IMG/VR virus record: IMGVR_UViG_3300048839_001435
Length of the DNA: 64,000 bases
DNA from: an uncultured virus (IMG/VR IMGVR_UViG_3300048839_001435)
Taxonomy: Duplodnaviria > Heunggongvirae > Uroviricota > Caudoviricetes
Reading direction: 5' to 3' (one strand)
This document shows, piece after piece, positions 44,481-53,204 of this stretch. The notes beneath the pieces were generated by a model. It was not told the origin of the DNA and did not search any database. It worked only from the letters and a program-made list of their open reading frames with translations. The first letter of the stretch is position 1, and the number at the start of each line of letters is the position of its first letter. The translations under genes were made by a program, and so were the position numbers.

Positions 44481-45500
44481 TCACTTTGCTGACGTGGCGC
44501 GCGCCGACTTGACGACGACCGCGCCGGCGACCAACACCGCGGCGCCGACGGCGCCGTACTTGACCCATGGACTGTCCCACCATGGCGTCGCGGGCGGTAG
44601 CACTTCGGGCGGCAAGCCCGGCGCCACGCACTTCGGCCACAGGTAGTTGCAAAGCGCGCTGCCCGCCATGAACGCCTGCGCGCCGGCCTGCACTTGAGGC
44701 GGCACGGCGCCGGGCGCCGCGTTGGCGGTGGCGACGATCTGCGTCAGCTCGTCTTTCGTGAGCACGCGGCAGATCAGCTTGAACAAGATCTTGCCCAGGT
44801 CGAAGAGCTGCCCCGGCAAGTTCTTGGCGCTCTCGCCCATGATCTCCAGCATCCCGGCACGCTCGACCTTGATCGAGAACCGGATCGACTTCTCGGCCGG
44901 CAAGTACGTCGCGTAGAGGATGTAGTCGTCCTGGCTGCCGACCTCGACGCGTCCAATGGGCATGTCTCCCGTCATCACGCTGTTGGGGCCGACCCAGAGC
45001 AGGTAGCCCTTGCGCGCCTGGAACTGCGCGAGGGTCTCGTCGGGCTTGGGCCGGATCGGCACGTGCAGCTCGCCGAAGTCAGTGACCCACTCCTTCTTGA
45101 AGTCGGGATCCGCGAGCAGGCGAGACATCTTCCAGCCCCGCTTGCCGTTGAGCTTGCCAGCCGGCGTGGGCGGGCTCGGCCACGGGTAGCGCAGCTGCCG
45201 CGCCCACTCCTTGCCCGACCACTGCGCGTAGTAGCTTGCGACCTTGAGGAACAGCTTGGACTTGGGGTCGGCCGGGACGTACTTCTTCCAGCGCCCGTCG
45301 GGCTTCCGCCCGAAGTCGATGCCGTTGCAGTAGCCGTACGGCTTCATCCAGACGATCTTCGTCGGGTCGTAGCCCGCCTCGATCGCGCGCCAGCAAGTGA
45401 CTTCCCGCTGACGGACCTCGAACAGCCCACCGAAGTACGACAGCACCGGCTCCTTCTGGGGAGGCGCCGGGATGTTCGTGGTAGGGGTGCAGGTCGCCAT
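44481..45500 (-). CDS. protein with C-terminal membrane anchor
   Basis: PPATPWWDSPWVKYGAVGAAVLVAGAVVVKSAR C-terminus. Confidence 0.8.
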   Translation of the reverse strand: MATCTPTTNIPAPPQKEPVLSYFGGLFEVRQREVTCWRAIEAGYDPTKIVWMKPYGYCNGIDFGRKPDGRWKKYVPADPKSKLFLKVASYYAQWSGKEWARQLRYPWPSPPTPAGKLNGKRGWKMSRLLADPDFKKEWVTDFGELHVPIRPKPDETLAQFQARKGYLLWVGPNSVMTGDMPIGRVEVGSQDDYILYATYLPAEKSIRFSIKVERAGMLEIMGESAKNLPGQLFDLGKILFKLICRVLTKDELTQIVATANAAPGAVPPQVQAGAQAFMAGSALCNYLWPKCVAPGLPPEVLPPATPWWDSPWVKYGAVGAAVLVAGAVVVKSARATSAK

Positions 45501-45518
45501 AGACTCGAATCTAACGCA

Positions 45519-45534
45519 GATCGCAGCCGCGATC
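45519..45534 (-). promoter_or_regulatory. GATC-N8-GATC box followed by TAGATT -10 (leaderless)
   Basis: GATCGCGGCTGCGATC-TGCGT-TAGATT-7 nt-ATG. Confidence 0.78.
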
Positions 45535-46379
45535 TACTCGAAGGCCCTGACGGCTTCCTCGAACTGCGTCGTGTCGGCTCCGTGGCGTTGCGCCTCCTGG
45601 CGGAAGATGCTCGTGAGCATCTGGAACCGCCTGTCCCACGGCACGATCATGAACAAGTTGTTCAAGACCTTGCGGGCGCACAGCGCCTGCCCGTGTCCCG
45701 GGGCAGCTTCGACTTCTTCAGCAGTCACAGTCGGTACATCCGCGTTGCCAGATGCGCGTACTGCGGCGGCGAACGGCGTCGCGAACGTCGTGCACCATGA
45801 CTGAATCGAACCGGACGTGAATCGCACGGGCCTTGGAGCCAAGTACGTCGCGAAGGGGACGAAGATGTCATCGAAGTGCGTCGCGTGCGCGGCGTACTGC
45901 AGGACGCGCGGCGTGGCGGTGTGGACGATCACCGGATCTGGCAGAGCCTTCAAGTAAGCCCAGAGCACTTCGGAGAGGTTGAGCCATCGGCACGCGCCGT
46001 GAAGCGTCAACATGCCGTGGTCTTCGAGGAACGGCAATGACTCGCGCTGGCTCACGGCAGCGTTCAAGGCAGCGGTCGAGCCACCGACGCTGTAGATGTG
46101 CCGAACGGTCTCGTTGAAGTCGATCAGCAAACCAACACGGCGTTCCTCGTCGCTGGGGACGCCGACGGCGACGTACAAAATCTTGTACGCCACGGTGACG
46201 TGCCACATGTAGTCCGCACCGAAGAGCGTCCTGACGCTGGCGTCGAGGGCCTCGATGGACGGACTCGCGTAGAGCGCGTACACCACGTAGCGCGCCTTGT
46301 CGCTGGTGTGCACACCCGCCGACGGCAAGTATGCTGACAGGTACGCCGCAAGCTCCTCGCCTTCGGTCAGTTCGATCAT
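45534..46379 (-). CDS. hypothetical protein (divergent paralog set)
   Basis: ATGA overlap; HGMLTLHG motif. Confidence 0.75.
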   Translation of the reverse strand: MIELTEGEELAAYLSAYLPSAGVHTSDKARYVVYALYASPSIEALDASVRTLFGADYMWHVTVAYKILYVAVGVPSDEERRVGLLIDFNETVRHIYSVGGSTAALNAAVSQRESLPFLEDHGMLTLHGACRWLNLSEVLWAYLKALPDPVIVHTATPRVLQYAAHATHFDDIFVPFATYLAPRPVRFTSGSIQSWCTTFATPFAAAVRASGNADVPTVTAEEVEAAPGHGQALCARKVLNNLFMIVPWDRRFQMLTSIFRQEAQRHGADTTQFEEAVRAFE

Positions 46380-47407
46380 GGGACAGAACTCGGCAGGAGG
46401 TCGAGGGCTTCCCACACGCCCTTCGGCGCGGTCTTGCGGCGAGGATGTAGCTGCTCTAGGAAGAACTGCGCGGCTTGCCGCGGCGGCAGCAGCTTCTGCA
46501 TCGCGTATCGCGTCACCGCGATCGCGTCGATCTCGGTAGCTGCCATCGGCGGCGGAGTGAGTCCGTGTTGCGGGAGCAGCAGCACGGCGGTACGCACCGA
46601 GGCGCGCCACTGGGGCGTCGCGACGCGCTCGCCGACTACGAACCGAGGCGCCGGAATGACGAACGGACCGTGGTGCGACGCGAACTCGACGCTTCCGGAT
46701 AGCCCTCCGAGGACTCCGTGTCCCGGCAGCCTAAGCATCAGCGTATCGGCCACGGGATACATCCTGATGTTGGTCTGCGAGAGGAATGGCCAGAATGCGT
46801 GCGCGAAGCCGAACCACGTCATCAGGCCGCGCAGCGAGAAGAAGCCGCGAGCCTCGACGTAACGCAGCACCATCTCGTGATCGACGCTGCTCTCGGGGAG
46901 CATCCAGATGCGCGGCGGGCTGTAGTTGCGGTCGATGAGGTACCAGTCGAAGCGCTTGCCCAGTTCGAGGACCGTCACGCGGAACGCCGGATTCCAGCGC
47001 TTCTTGATGTCGTCGCGGAGACCGCTGATCCAATCCTCGAACGAATCGTCCGTGACGTGTTCCAGTGCTTGCAGAAAGTAGCGTGCCTTGGCCGCGGAGT
47101 GCGGCCCCGACATGTCGAGGCTCCGCCCGAGGAGAAAGCTGTTGGCTGGGACGAACTGCTCGGGGACGGCGAGCGAACCCACATCCACGAGGTCGGAGCG
47201 CAACGTGGGCTGTGGCGGGTCGACGACCTCGACCACGTCGAAGCTGTAGCCGTCGCCGTCGATCGGCGTGGTCGTGCCGAAGTCGCGGAGGTTCGCATCG
47301 TCGGCCCAGATACGACCGTAGGAATCCGCGTCGGCGAAGGTCTCGAAGACCTCCGGGAACTCGCCACTGGCCCCGGCGCCGTTGTCCCAGACGACCTTGT
47401 AGCTCAT
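46376..47407 (-). CDS. hypothetical protein (divergent paralog set)
   Basis: 343 aa; RGFFSLRG motif. Confidence 0.75.
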   Translation of the reverse strand: MSYKVVWDNGAGASGEFPEVFETFADADSYGRIWADDANLRDFGTTTPIDGDGYSFDVVEVVDPPQPTLRSDLVDVGSLAVPEQFVPANSFLLGRSLDMSGPHSAAKARYFLQALEHVTDDSFEDWISGLRDDIKKRWNPAFRVTVLELGKRFDWYLIDRNYSPPRIWMLPESSVDHEMVLRYVEARGFFSLRGLMTWFGFAHAFWPFLSQTNIRMYPVADTLMLRLPGHGVLGGLSGSVEFASHHGPFVIPAPRFVVGERVATPQWRASVRTAVLLLPQHGLTPPPMAATEIDAIAVTRYAMQKLLPPRQAAQFFLEQLHPRRKTAPKGVWEALDLLPSSVP

Positions 47408-48408
47408 TTAAAGTCTCCGACGACGGTCGAGACCTCTTCCCAGCGGCCGTCAGGCCGCTGGCGTACTCGTGCGAGTGGTGCGTCCATGTAGCCGTGGTGG
47501 TGGCGCATCTCCTCGGACATGACGCTGCCGGTGCGCCACGACCGCCACATGAAGTGATCGGGCGCGCGGAATTCTCGGCCAGCCGCAGTCTGCAAGGTCA
47601 GCTGCATTTCCAAGGCAGCGCGGGCGGCGAAGTCCCCTGTCGGAGTGTCCGCGTTCCAGCGGGGAACGACACGTGGAAGCGCCGTCAGTGCGATCGCCCG
47701 CGACATGTAGACGTGCATGTTGCGGCTGTCAGGTGGGAACGCCTCTCGATACGCATCGTAGTTCGCGTCTTCTTGGTAGGGCATCAAGCTCGCGATGCGC
47801 CCCCACGAATCCCGCGCAGTGAGTCGAACGCCGGCGTTGAATACCAACAGGCGCACAGCGATCACAGCAACGCGATCGCTCAGAAACCGCTCCAGCACGT
47901 GCGCGTAGCCGTGTGCCGCCAGGCGCTCGGTGTAGGACGGCAGGTACGGCGGCACACCCTCGGGAGCGTCGGCGTAGGCCCACTTGACCCAACGCTGTTG
48001 GACCTCGTACAGCGCCGGCAAGCCCATCGCCTGAAGATCGCCCCAGGTGAAAACCCCGCGCAGTCTGACGAAGTCCAGTAGCGCTTCGCTGTCGTCGGAG
48101 ATCCAGACCCGGAGCACTGGACCCATCGAAGGCTCCGGCCCATCGATGCACGGCGTCGGTAGCTGACACTCCAAGACGATGATTGGATCCTCGTCGCGGA
48201 GGCGCAGGAGCGTCACGTCTTCGGCGTAGCGGAACGCGTGGGCGAACTTGCCGAAGGTGGTCTTCTGGAACATCTCCTCGACTTCGAGCGCCGACATGCG
48301 CGCCGCCGCGATCTTGTCGAAGACGAAGCCCATGTAGTCCGCGGCGCCGGCAGGCCACCACGGAAACGCCCGCCGGAGGTTGTCGCCGGTCGCGGGGACA
48401 ACCGGCAC
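47404..48408 (-). CDS. hypothetical protein (divergent paralog set)
   Basis: GTG 48408 with GGAGG; RGVFTWGD motif. Confidence 0.75.
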   Translation of the reverse strand: MPVVPATGDNLRRAFPWWPAGAADYMGFVFDKIAAARMSALEVEEMFQKTTFGKFAHAFRYAEDVTLLRLRDEDPIIVLECQLPTPCIDGPEPSMGPVLRVWISDDSEALLDFVRLRGVFTWGDLQAMGLPALYEVQQRWVKWAYADAPEGVPPYLPSYTERLAAHGYAHVLERFLSDRVAVIAVRLLVFNAGVRLTARDSWGRIASLMPYQEDANYDAYREAFPPDSRNMHVYMSRAIALTALPRVVPRWNADTPTGDFAARAALEMQLTLQTAAGREFRAPDHFMWRSWRTGSVMSEEMRHHHGYMDAPLARVRQRPDGRWEEVSTVVGDFK

Positions 48409-48409
48409 G

Positions 48410-48751
48410 TCACGCCTCCGGAACGAGACGGACGCCGTCTCGAACGATGACTTCGAGCGGGACGACATCGAGCATCGCGGTCACACGGAAGCCGCTGCCC
48501 ATGCACGGCGGCTCGAAGCCGTCCAGCCGGGCTGCCTCGCGCGCGGCGACATCTTGGTCCTCGGGGTCACCATCGCGGGAGACCATCGCGTGCGGTACCA
48601 GCTCGTAGGTCCGCGCGCTCTGGCACTCCTGAGCGAAGCCGCAGAGCGGGCACGTGATCTGCCAACGATGGCCGTGAGGCTCGTCGGAGGCGTCACAGGC
48701 GCAGAACTGCCCCGGACGTAGCCGCGCGCCGCTGGCGTGCAGCGTCATCAT
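48410..48751 (-). CDS. Cys/His-containing hypothetical protein
   Basis: CAC...HGH...CPLC...H...C; ATGA overlap. Confidence 0.6.
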   Translation of the reverse strand: MMTLHASGARLRPGQFCACDASDEPHGHRWQITCPLCGFAQECQSARTYELVPHAMVSRDGDPEDQDVAAREAARLDGFEPPCMGSGFRVTAMLDVVPLEVIVRDGVRLVPEA

Positions 48752-50145
48752 CGCCGCCTCCGGCGGCGCGGCAGCGGGCAGCTCGGACAGCTACGCGAGC
48801 GCTTGCCGCGCACACCGCGCATCTGCTCGTCGTCGTCGGCGTCGGCCCAGCTCCGGCGGCGCTCAGCTTCGGTGATGTCCTCGGCGTACTCGGCGGCCGA
48901 CCGACGTTGCTCGGCCTGCCGGGTCGTGTCCTCGGCAGCGACAGCCTGCCGTCCCAGCCGCGCCTCGCGAGCGCGGCGCGCAGCCATCGAGCGCCGCAGC
49001 GATTCCGTCACGCCCTGGCCTCGACGCACGAGGTCAGCGTAGATGCGCTCTGCCTCCGGGATGTCGACAGCTGAGATGTTGGTGCTGCGCCACTGCTCAG
49101 GTAGCGACTCGGTGCTGGTACCCCCGCTGCGGCTACGGCTGCTGCCGCCGCTGCCTTGGGGTAGGAACCGCGGGCCCGTCGACGGCGCCGGCAGGAAGTC
49201 GTCGGGGTCCTCGCCGGCGGCGATCAGGCGCTGACGGATCTGCTCGGGCGTCGGGCGGTCGAAGTCCAGCTCCCGAAACCGCGTGTCGGCCTCCGGCTCG
49301 GGTGCCGGCGTCTGGCCGCGCTTCGGGCGCTCGTAGAGACACCAGGACAACGCGCCCGCAGGCGCGAAGGTCTGGAGGACGTCTTCGGGCATCATCCCAG
49401 CGTCGAAGTTGGCGTCGGGACCCTTCACTTCGGCCGCGAGTTCGCCCTCAGCTTGGGCCATCGCCAGCGCGTCTCTGATCAGAACGCGGCAGACCTGAGC
49501 ATCGCGCACCGGCGAAGTCGTCGTCGCGAAGCGTCGAGACTGGATCTGCGTCTTGGCCTGCTCGAACGCCGCGCGCCGCGCGTCGCGCGCAGCCGTCCGC
49601 GCGTCCAGCGCCGGGCCATCGAGTTCGAGGAGCGCCGAACGGCTGTACCCGCCGGGCCGCGCGATGTCGTTCGGGCGGCGGACGCACGTCGACAGGAAGT
49701 CCGGCAGCTCGTCGTCTGCTCCACGCGCACCGGGTGCCGGATCAGCCCCAGCTGCCGCGCGGTACGCGCCGGTGTAGAAGGCGTCGTTGGCGAGCGTCGT
49801 CAGCCGCGCGTGGCAAGTCTCCGGCTCGCCCGACGACGGCATCAGGTTGGCGCGCGTCTCCTGGACGCGCTTCGCGATGTCGTCCCAGGGGTCGCCTTTC
49901 TTGGCGCGCTGCACGGCCTCCCAGACTTCGGGCGCCAGCAGCTCCGGCGATGCAGGGACTTCACCCCACGCCGCGGTGACGCGGCCGTCGGCGTGGACCT
50001 GGAGCGGGATGCCGGCGTGGCCCGGGAAAGTCCTCGGCCACGCGGAGCTGGCGCCGACGAACGGCGCGGGAACCGCGCGATCGGGCGACCACTCCGCGAA
50101 CGGAGGCGCGGCGAGCTGCCGCGATGGCTTGCGCCGGCGTGCCAC
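48748..50145 (-). CDS. putative virion core protein with basic termini
   Basis: ARRRKPSRQLA N-terminus; CPSCPLPRRRRRR C-terminus. Confidence 0.75.
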   Translation of the reverse strand: MARRRKPSRQLAAPPFAEWSPDRAVPAPFVGASSAWPRTFPGHAGIPLQVHADGRVTAAWGEVPASPELLAPEVWEAVQRAKKGDPWDDIAKRVQETRANLMPSSGEPETCHARLTTLANDAFYTGAYRAAAGADPAPGARGADDELPDFLSTCVRRPNDIARPGGYSRSALLELDGPALDARTAARDARRAAFEQAKTQIQSRRFATTTSPVRDAQVCRVLIRDALAMAQAEGELAAEVKGPDANFDAGMMPEDVLQTFAPAGALSWCLYERPKRGQTPAPEPEADTRFRELDFDRPTPEQIRQRLIAAGEDPDDFLPAPSTGPRFLPQGSGGSSRSRSGGTSTESLPEQWRSTNISAVDIPEAERIYADLVRRGQGVTESLRRSMAARRAREARLGRQAVAAEDTTRQAEQRRSAAEYAEDITEAERRRSWADADDDEQMRGVRGKRSRSCPSCPLPRRRRRR

Positions 50146-50148
50146 GGG

Positions 50149-50397
50149 CTAGCGCTTCTTCCGCCGACGACCAGGGCCGTCGAGCCGCGTGGTGTTGCGC
50201 GCGCCGCAGCGTACGGCGGCCTCGTAGACACCGCCGGGCAGAGGAAGCTCCCGAGGAACGCTGCCGCCCCATGGAGGTACGACCGCGCCACCGCGCAGGA
50301 CCTTCCAGGCGGCACCACCGTAGGTCGGCTTGGCGATCGCGCAGACGTTGCCGTCGGAGCTACTGCCGAGGTGCTTGCGGGTGCGCTTTCTGGCCAT
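50149..50397 (-). CDS. small basic protein
   Basis: MARKRTRKHLG...GRRRKKR. Confidence 0.7.
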   Translation of the reverse strand: MARKRTRKHLGSSSDGNVCAIAKPTYGGAAWKVLRGGAVVPPWGGSVPRELPLPGGVYEAAVRCGARNTTRLDGPGRRRKKR

Positions 50398-50538
50398 GGT
50401 TCTTCCCGGGGCTGCGTCGAGTGTAGATCGTTGGCCTGATGAGTCCGCTGCGCGCCAGCACGGCAGCGACGCCTTGAGAGAGCTGAGGCCCTCCGGTGAC
50501 GGCGTGTCGTGCTGAACGCGAACGCGGCAAGCCGCCCC

Positions 50539-50790
50539 CTACCCCTGCTGCTTGCGCGCGCGGAGGAAGAGGACGGCTCCGAGGCCGAGAAGACCGGCGC
50601 CGGCGGCGATGAAGCCCCAGGTCGTCTTGTCGAGCGTCGGCAACCCCATGAGGTTGCCGGCCACCGCCTCGGGGTTCCAGTAGAAGCTGCTGTAGCCTCC
50701 CGGGAGCCCGGTGTAGTGGATCTCGACCTTCTGGCCGGGGTTCGTCGCGTCGTAGACGCCAGTCTGGCGCCACTGATAGGGTACGTGCAT
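50539..50790 (-). CDS. small protein with C-terminal TM helix
   Basis: WGFIAAGAGLLGLGAVLFLRARK. Confidence 0.75.
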   Translation of the reverse strand: MHVPYQWRQTGVYDATNPGQKVEIHYTGLPGGYSSFYWNPEAVAGNLMGLPTLDKTTWGFIAAGAGLLGLGAVLFLRARKQQG

Positions 50791-50816
50791 CGTAGTGATG
50801 CCCTTCCCCGCCGGAG

Positions 50817-50918
50817 CTAGCGGCTACGGCGCTTCTTGTTCTTGCGGCACTGGCCCTTGCGGCGACCGCGGGTGACACGACCGTGCTCGCAGCGCTTTGC
50901 CTTCTTCTTCTTCGGCAT
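50817..50918 (-). CDS. 33-aa protamine-like basic peptide (not in ORF track)
   Basis: MPKKKKAKRCEHGRVTRGRRKGQCRKNKKRRSR*; GGAG RBS. Confidence 0.75.
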   Translation of the reverse strand: MPKKKKAKRCEHGRVTRGRRKGQCRKNKKRRSR

Positions 50919-51021
50919 CTTCTTGCTCTCCGTCGGGGGTTTTGTGTTGGGCGCCAGTGGGAAGTGAAACCCACAAGCATCTCGTGGGACTTACGATCCC
51001 ACGATCAAATCCCCACGTCAA

Positions 51022-51037
51022 GATCGCAGCTGCGATC
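51022..51037. promoter_or_regulatory. perfect GATC-N8-GATC palindrome at the head of the late region
   Basis: GATCGCAGCTGCGATC followed on - by TTGACG and hairpin TCGTGGGA-7nt-TCCCACGA. Confidence 0.75.
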
Positions 51038-51051
51038 GCAGGCGTGCAGGC

Positions 51052-51882
51052 TCACAGTCCGCCGTTCCACGGCGGCCCGCCGCGGATGATCACACACGAC
51101 GCAGCGGTCCGGTTGCCGTTGGCGGCGACCCGACGAGGCTCTTGAAGCACGTCGACGTCGGCCCATGCGTAGATCTCCCGGATCAACGGCGTGTCGCTGT
51201 TCGTCGCCCACACCGCGACGCCGCGCTCCGCGAGTCGTTGGAGGTCAGCGGCGAGGTTGCGCTGCAACTCCGCTCCGAACCCACCAGCGACGTAGTCCTC
51301 GAACTCGCTCGACGCCGGCGCGTACGGCGGATCGCAGAAGACCGCGTCGCCCGGCGAGACCCGCGTGAGCGCATCGGTGAAGTTGCACGCCGAGAACTCG
51401 GCGACACGCAGCCGCGATGCGACGTCACTCAAGTCAGTCGCCAAGAACTTCTTGGCGCTGCGCTTGCCGTACGGCACGTTGAACTCGCCCTTGGCGTTCT
51501 CGCGCCAGATGCCGTTGAAGCAGGTGGTGTTGAGGTACAGCACCGCCGCGGCATCGGCGAGGGAGGTGTGCCGCGGCGTGGCGTTGAACCGCTGGCGCAC
51601 GGTGTTGTAGCCGTTCTGGTCATCGCCGAACTGCTCAGCGAGACGTGCAGCTGCGCGGCAGACGGCCGACGAATCGCGCTGGATCCAGCTCCACAGGTTG
51701 ATGAGCGGCGCGTTCAGATCGCTGCCGAAGCACGGCGTGCCGCTCTCGGCGACGCGCAGTAGAACAGCACCGCTGCCGAGGAACGGCTCGTGGTACTGCT
51801 TGGGTGCGACGAACAGGATCTCTTGGGCCAGCTGTTCGGCGACCCACGCCTTGGAGCCCACCCAGCGCAAGAACGGCTTCAC
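51052..51882 (-). CDS. dam: Dam-family (D12 class) DNA adenine methyltransferase
   Basis: FLRWVGSK, EPFLGSGA, SDLN, CFNGIWREN..GEFNVPYG, DPPY, TNS. Confidence 0.92.
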   Translation of the reverse strand: MKPFLRWVGSKAWVAEQLAQEILFVAPKQYHEPFLGSGAVLLRVAESGTPCFGSDLNAPLINLWSWIQRDSSAVCRAAARLAEQFGDDQNGYNTVRQRFNATPRHTSLADAAAVLYLNTTCFNGIWRENAKGEFNVPYGKRSAKKFLATDLSDVASRLRVAEFSACNFTDALTRVSPGDAVFCDPPYAPASSEFEDYVAGGFGAELQRNLAADLQRLAERGVAVWATNSDTPLIREIYAWADVDVLQEPRRVAANGNRTAASCVIIRGGPPWNGGL

Positions 51883-52472
51883 ACCGCGCTCCGCGCCGCC
51901 ACGATGACCTGCTTGGCCAAGTCTTCGATCGAAGCGGTCGCGTCGAGGACGATGTGGTTGCGGCAGAACCGCGACGCGTACTCGGGGATCCTCGCCGAGA
52001 TCTGTTCGATCTGGGGATCCCGCCAGGGGCACTGGCCGTCACGAATCCGCAGCCGCGATCGAATCGTCTCGGCGTCGGCAGTCAAGACGACGCCGAGGTC
52101 GGGCTTGGTGAACGCCTGGGAGACCCGCAGGTTCTGCCACAAGACGCCCCAGACGCCGGGGCGGTACGCGGGGCCCGACGTCATACAATGCCGATCGAGT
52201 ACGACGTGGCGCGAAGCCGCCAGCGCGTGGCGCAGGCGCGGCTCGACGTCGAACTGGTCGGCGACGTAGGCGTAGGCCATCGCGTAGTCGTTGAGTGGAT
52301 CCTGGTCCTGGATCGCGCGGATCGCCGTACCGAGCCGTCCGTCGCTGGGTGCCGCGAACAAGGCCGCATCGATCCGGGTTGCGATCTCTTTGGCGAGCGT
52401 GGTCTTGCCGGTGCCGTCGAAGCCGTCGAAAAGGATGATCACGCCCCGAAGACTACTTCGGCGCTGTGACAC
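51879..52472 (-). CDS. thymidylate kinase-like protein
   Basis: FDGFDGTGKTT, VLDRH..SGPAY, KPDL. Confidence 0.85.
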   Translation of the reverse strand: MSQRRSSLRGVIILFDGFDGTGKTTLAKEIATRIDAALFAAPSDGRLGTAIRAIQDQDPLNDYAMAYAYVADQFDVEPRLRHALAASRHVVLDRHCMTSGPAYRPGVWGVLWQNLRVSQAFTKPDLGVVLTADAETIRSRLRIRDGQCPWRDPQIEQISARIPEYASRFCRNHIVLDATASIEDLAKQVIVAARSAV

Positions 52473-52501
52473 GGCCCGCGATCAGGCAGCGTGGCACGCG
52501 A

Positions 52502-52858
52502 TCAGGTGGCGCGACGCGCGATCAGGCTCTTGACGTACTGGATCGCGTCGAGGATCGGCTGATCTGTGGTCGGGAAACACGACCGCGGTCCCCAGACACC
52601 TTGGACGTCGAACGGCAGCATCTCGGGCATCACACTCGACCCGCCGTATGGCGCGAACACGACGCTGACCATGAAACCTCGGCGACCTACGCCCAGCTCG
52701 ACGAGGTACGGAATGCCCTTGGGGGCGACGAACCAAGACGAGTAGTCGCTGCACCACCACGGCGGCTCACTGAGGGGCACCAACGCGGTTTCGAGCGTCC
52801 CGAGCGCGTGGTATAGCGCGACGGCAGCGTCCGGGTCGTCGGGCAGTGGCGACCCCAC
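52502..52858 (-). CDS. hypothetical protein
   Basis: 118-aa ORF in chain. Confidence 0.65.
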   Translation of the reverse strand: MGSPLPDDPDAAVALYHALGTLETALVPLSEPPWWCSDYSSWFVAPKGIPYLVELGVGRRGFMVSVVFAPYGGSSVMPEMLPFDVQGVWGPRSCFPTTDQPILDAIQYVKSLIARRAT

Positions 52859-52859
52859 G

Positions 52860-53204
52860 TCAGCGCTGCTGCTCCATGACGACGAGCGTGCAGCGATCGC
52901 AGAGCACCCAGTCCCGGCCAGCGATCTCGCCGCAGAGGTAGTCCTGCCCGACGGTGTCGGCTCCGCAGCGGTTGCAGGTAACGACGTCGACGACCTTGCC
53001 GTCGACGACCCGTTGGCCCGCCAGCGGCACCCGCTCGGCGCGGTGCGCCTCGGCGTCGGCTGCGTCGACGAAGGCTTCCTCCATGAAGGAGACGATCAGC
53101 AGATCGTTGCCAGACTTCCAGGCGGAGCCGAACAGCTGCTTGGCGGGCGCGGCTTCGAGGAACTGCCAGAGGGCGCGTTCGGTCGGGAACTTGAGCACGA
53201 GCAT
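52860..53204 (-). CDS. hypothetical protein with C-terminal zinc ribbon
   Basis: ATG 53204; CNRC...CDRC. Confidence 0.7.
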   Translation of the reverse strand: MLVLKFPTERALWQFLEAAPAKQLFGSAWKSGNDLLIVSFMEEAFVDAADAEAHRAERVPLAGQRVVDGKVVDVVTCNRCGADTVGQDYLCGEIAGRDWVLCDRCTLVVMEQQR

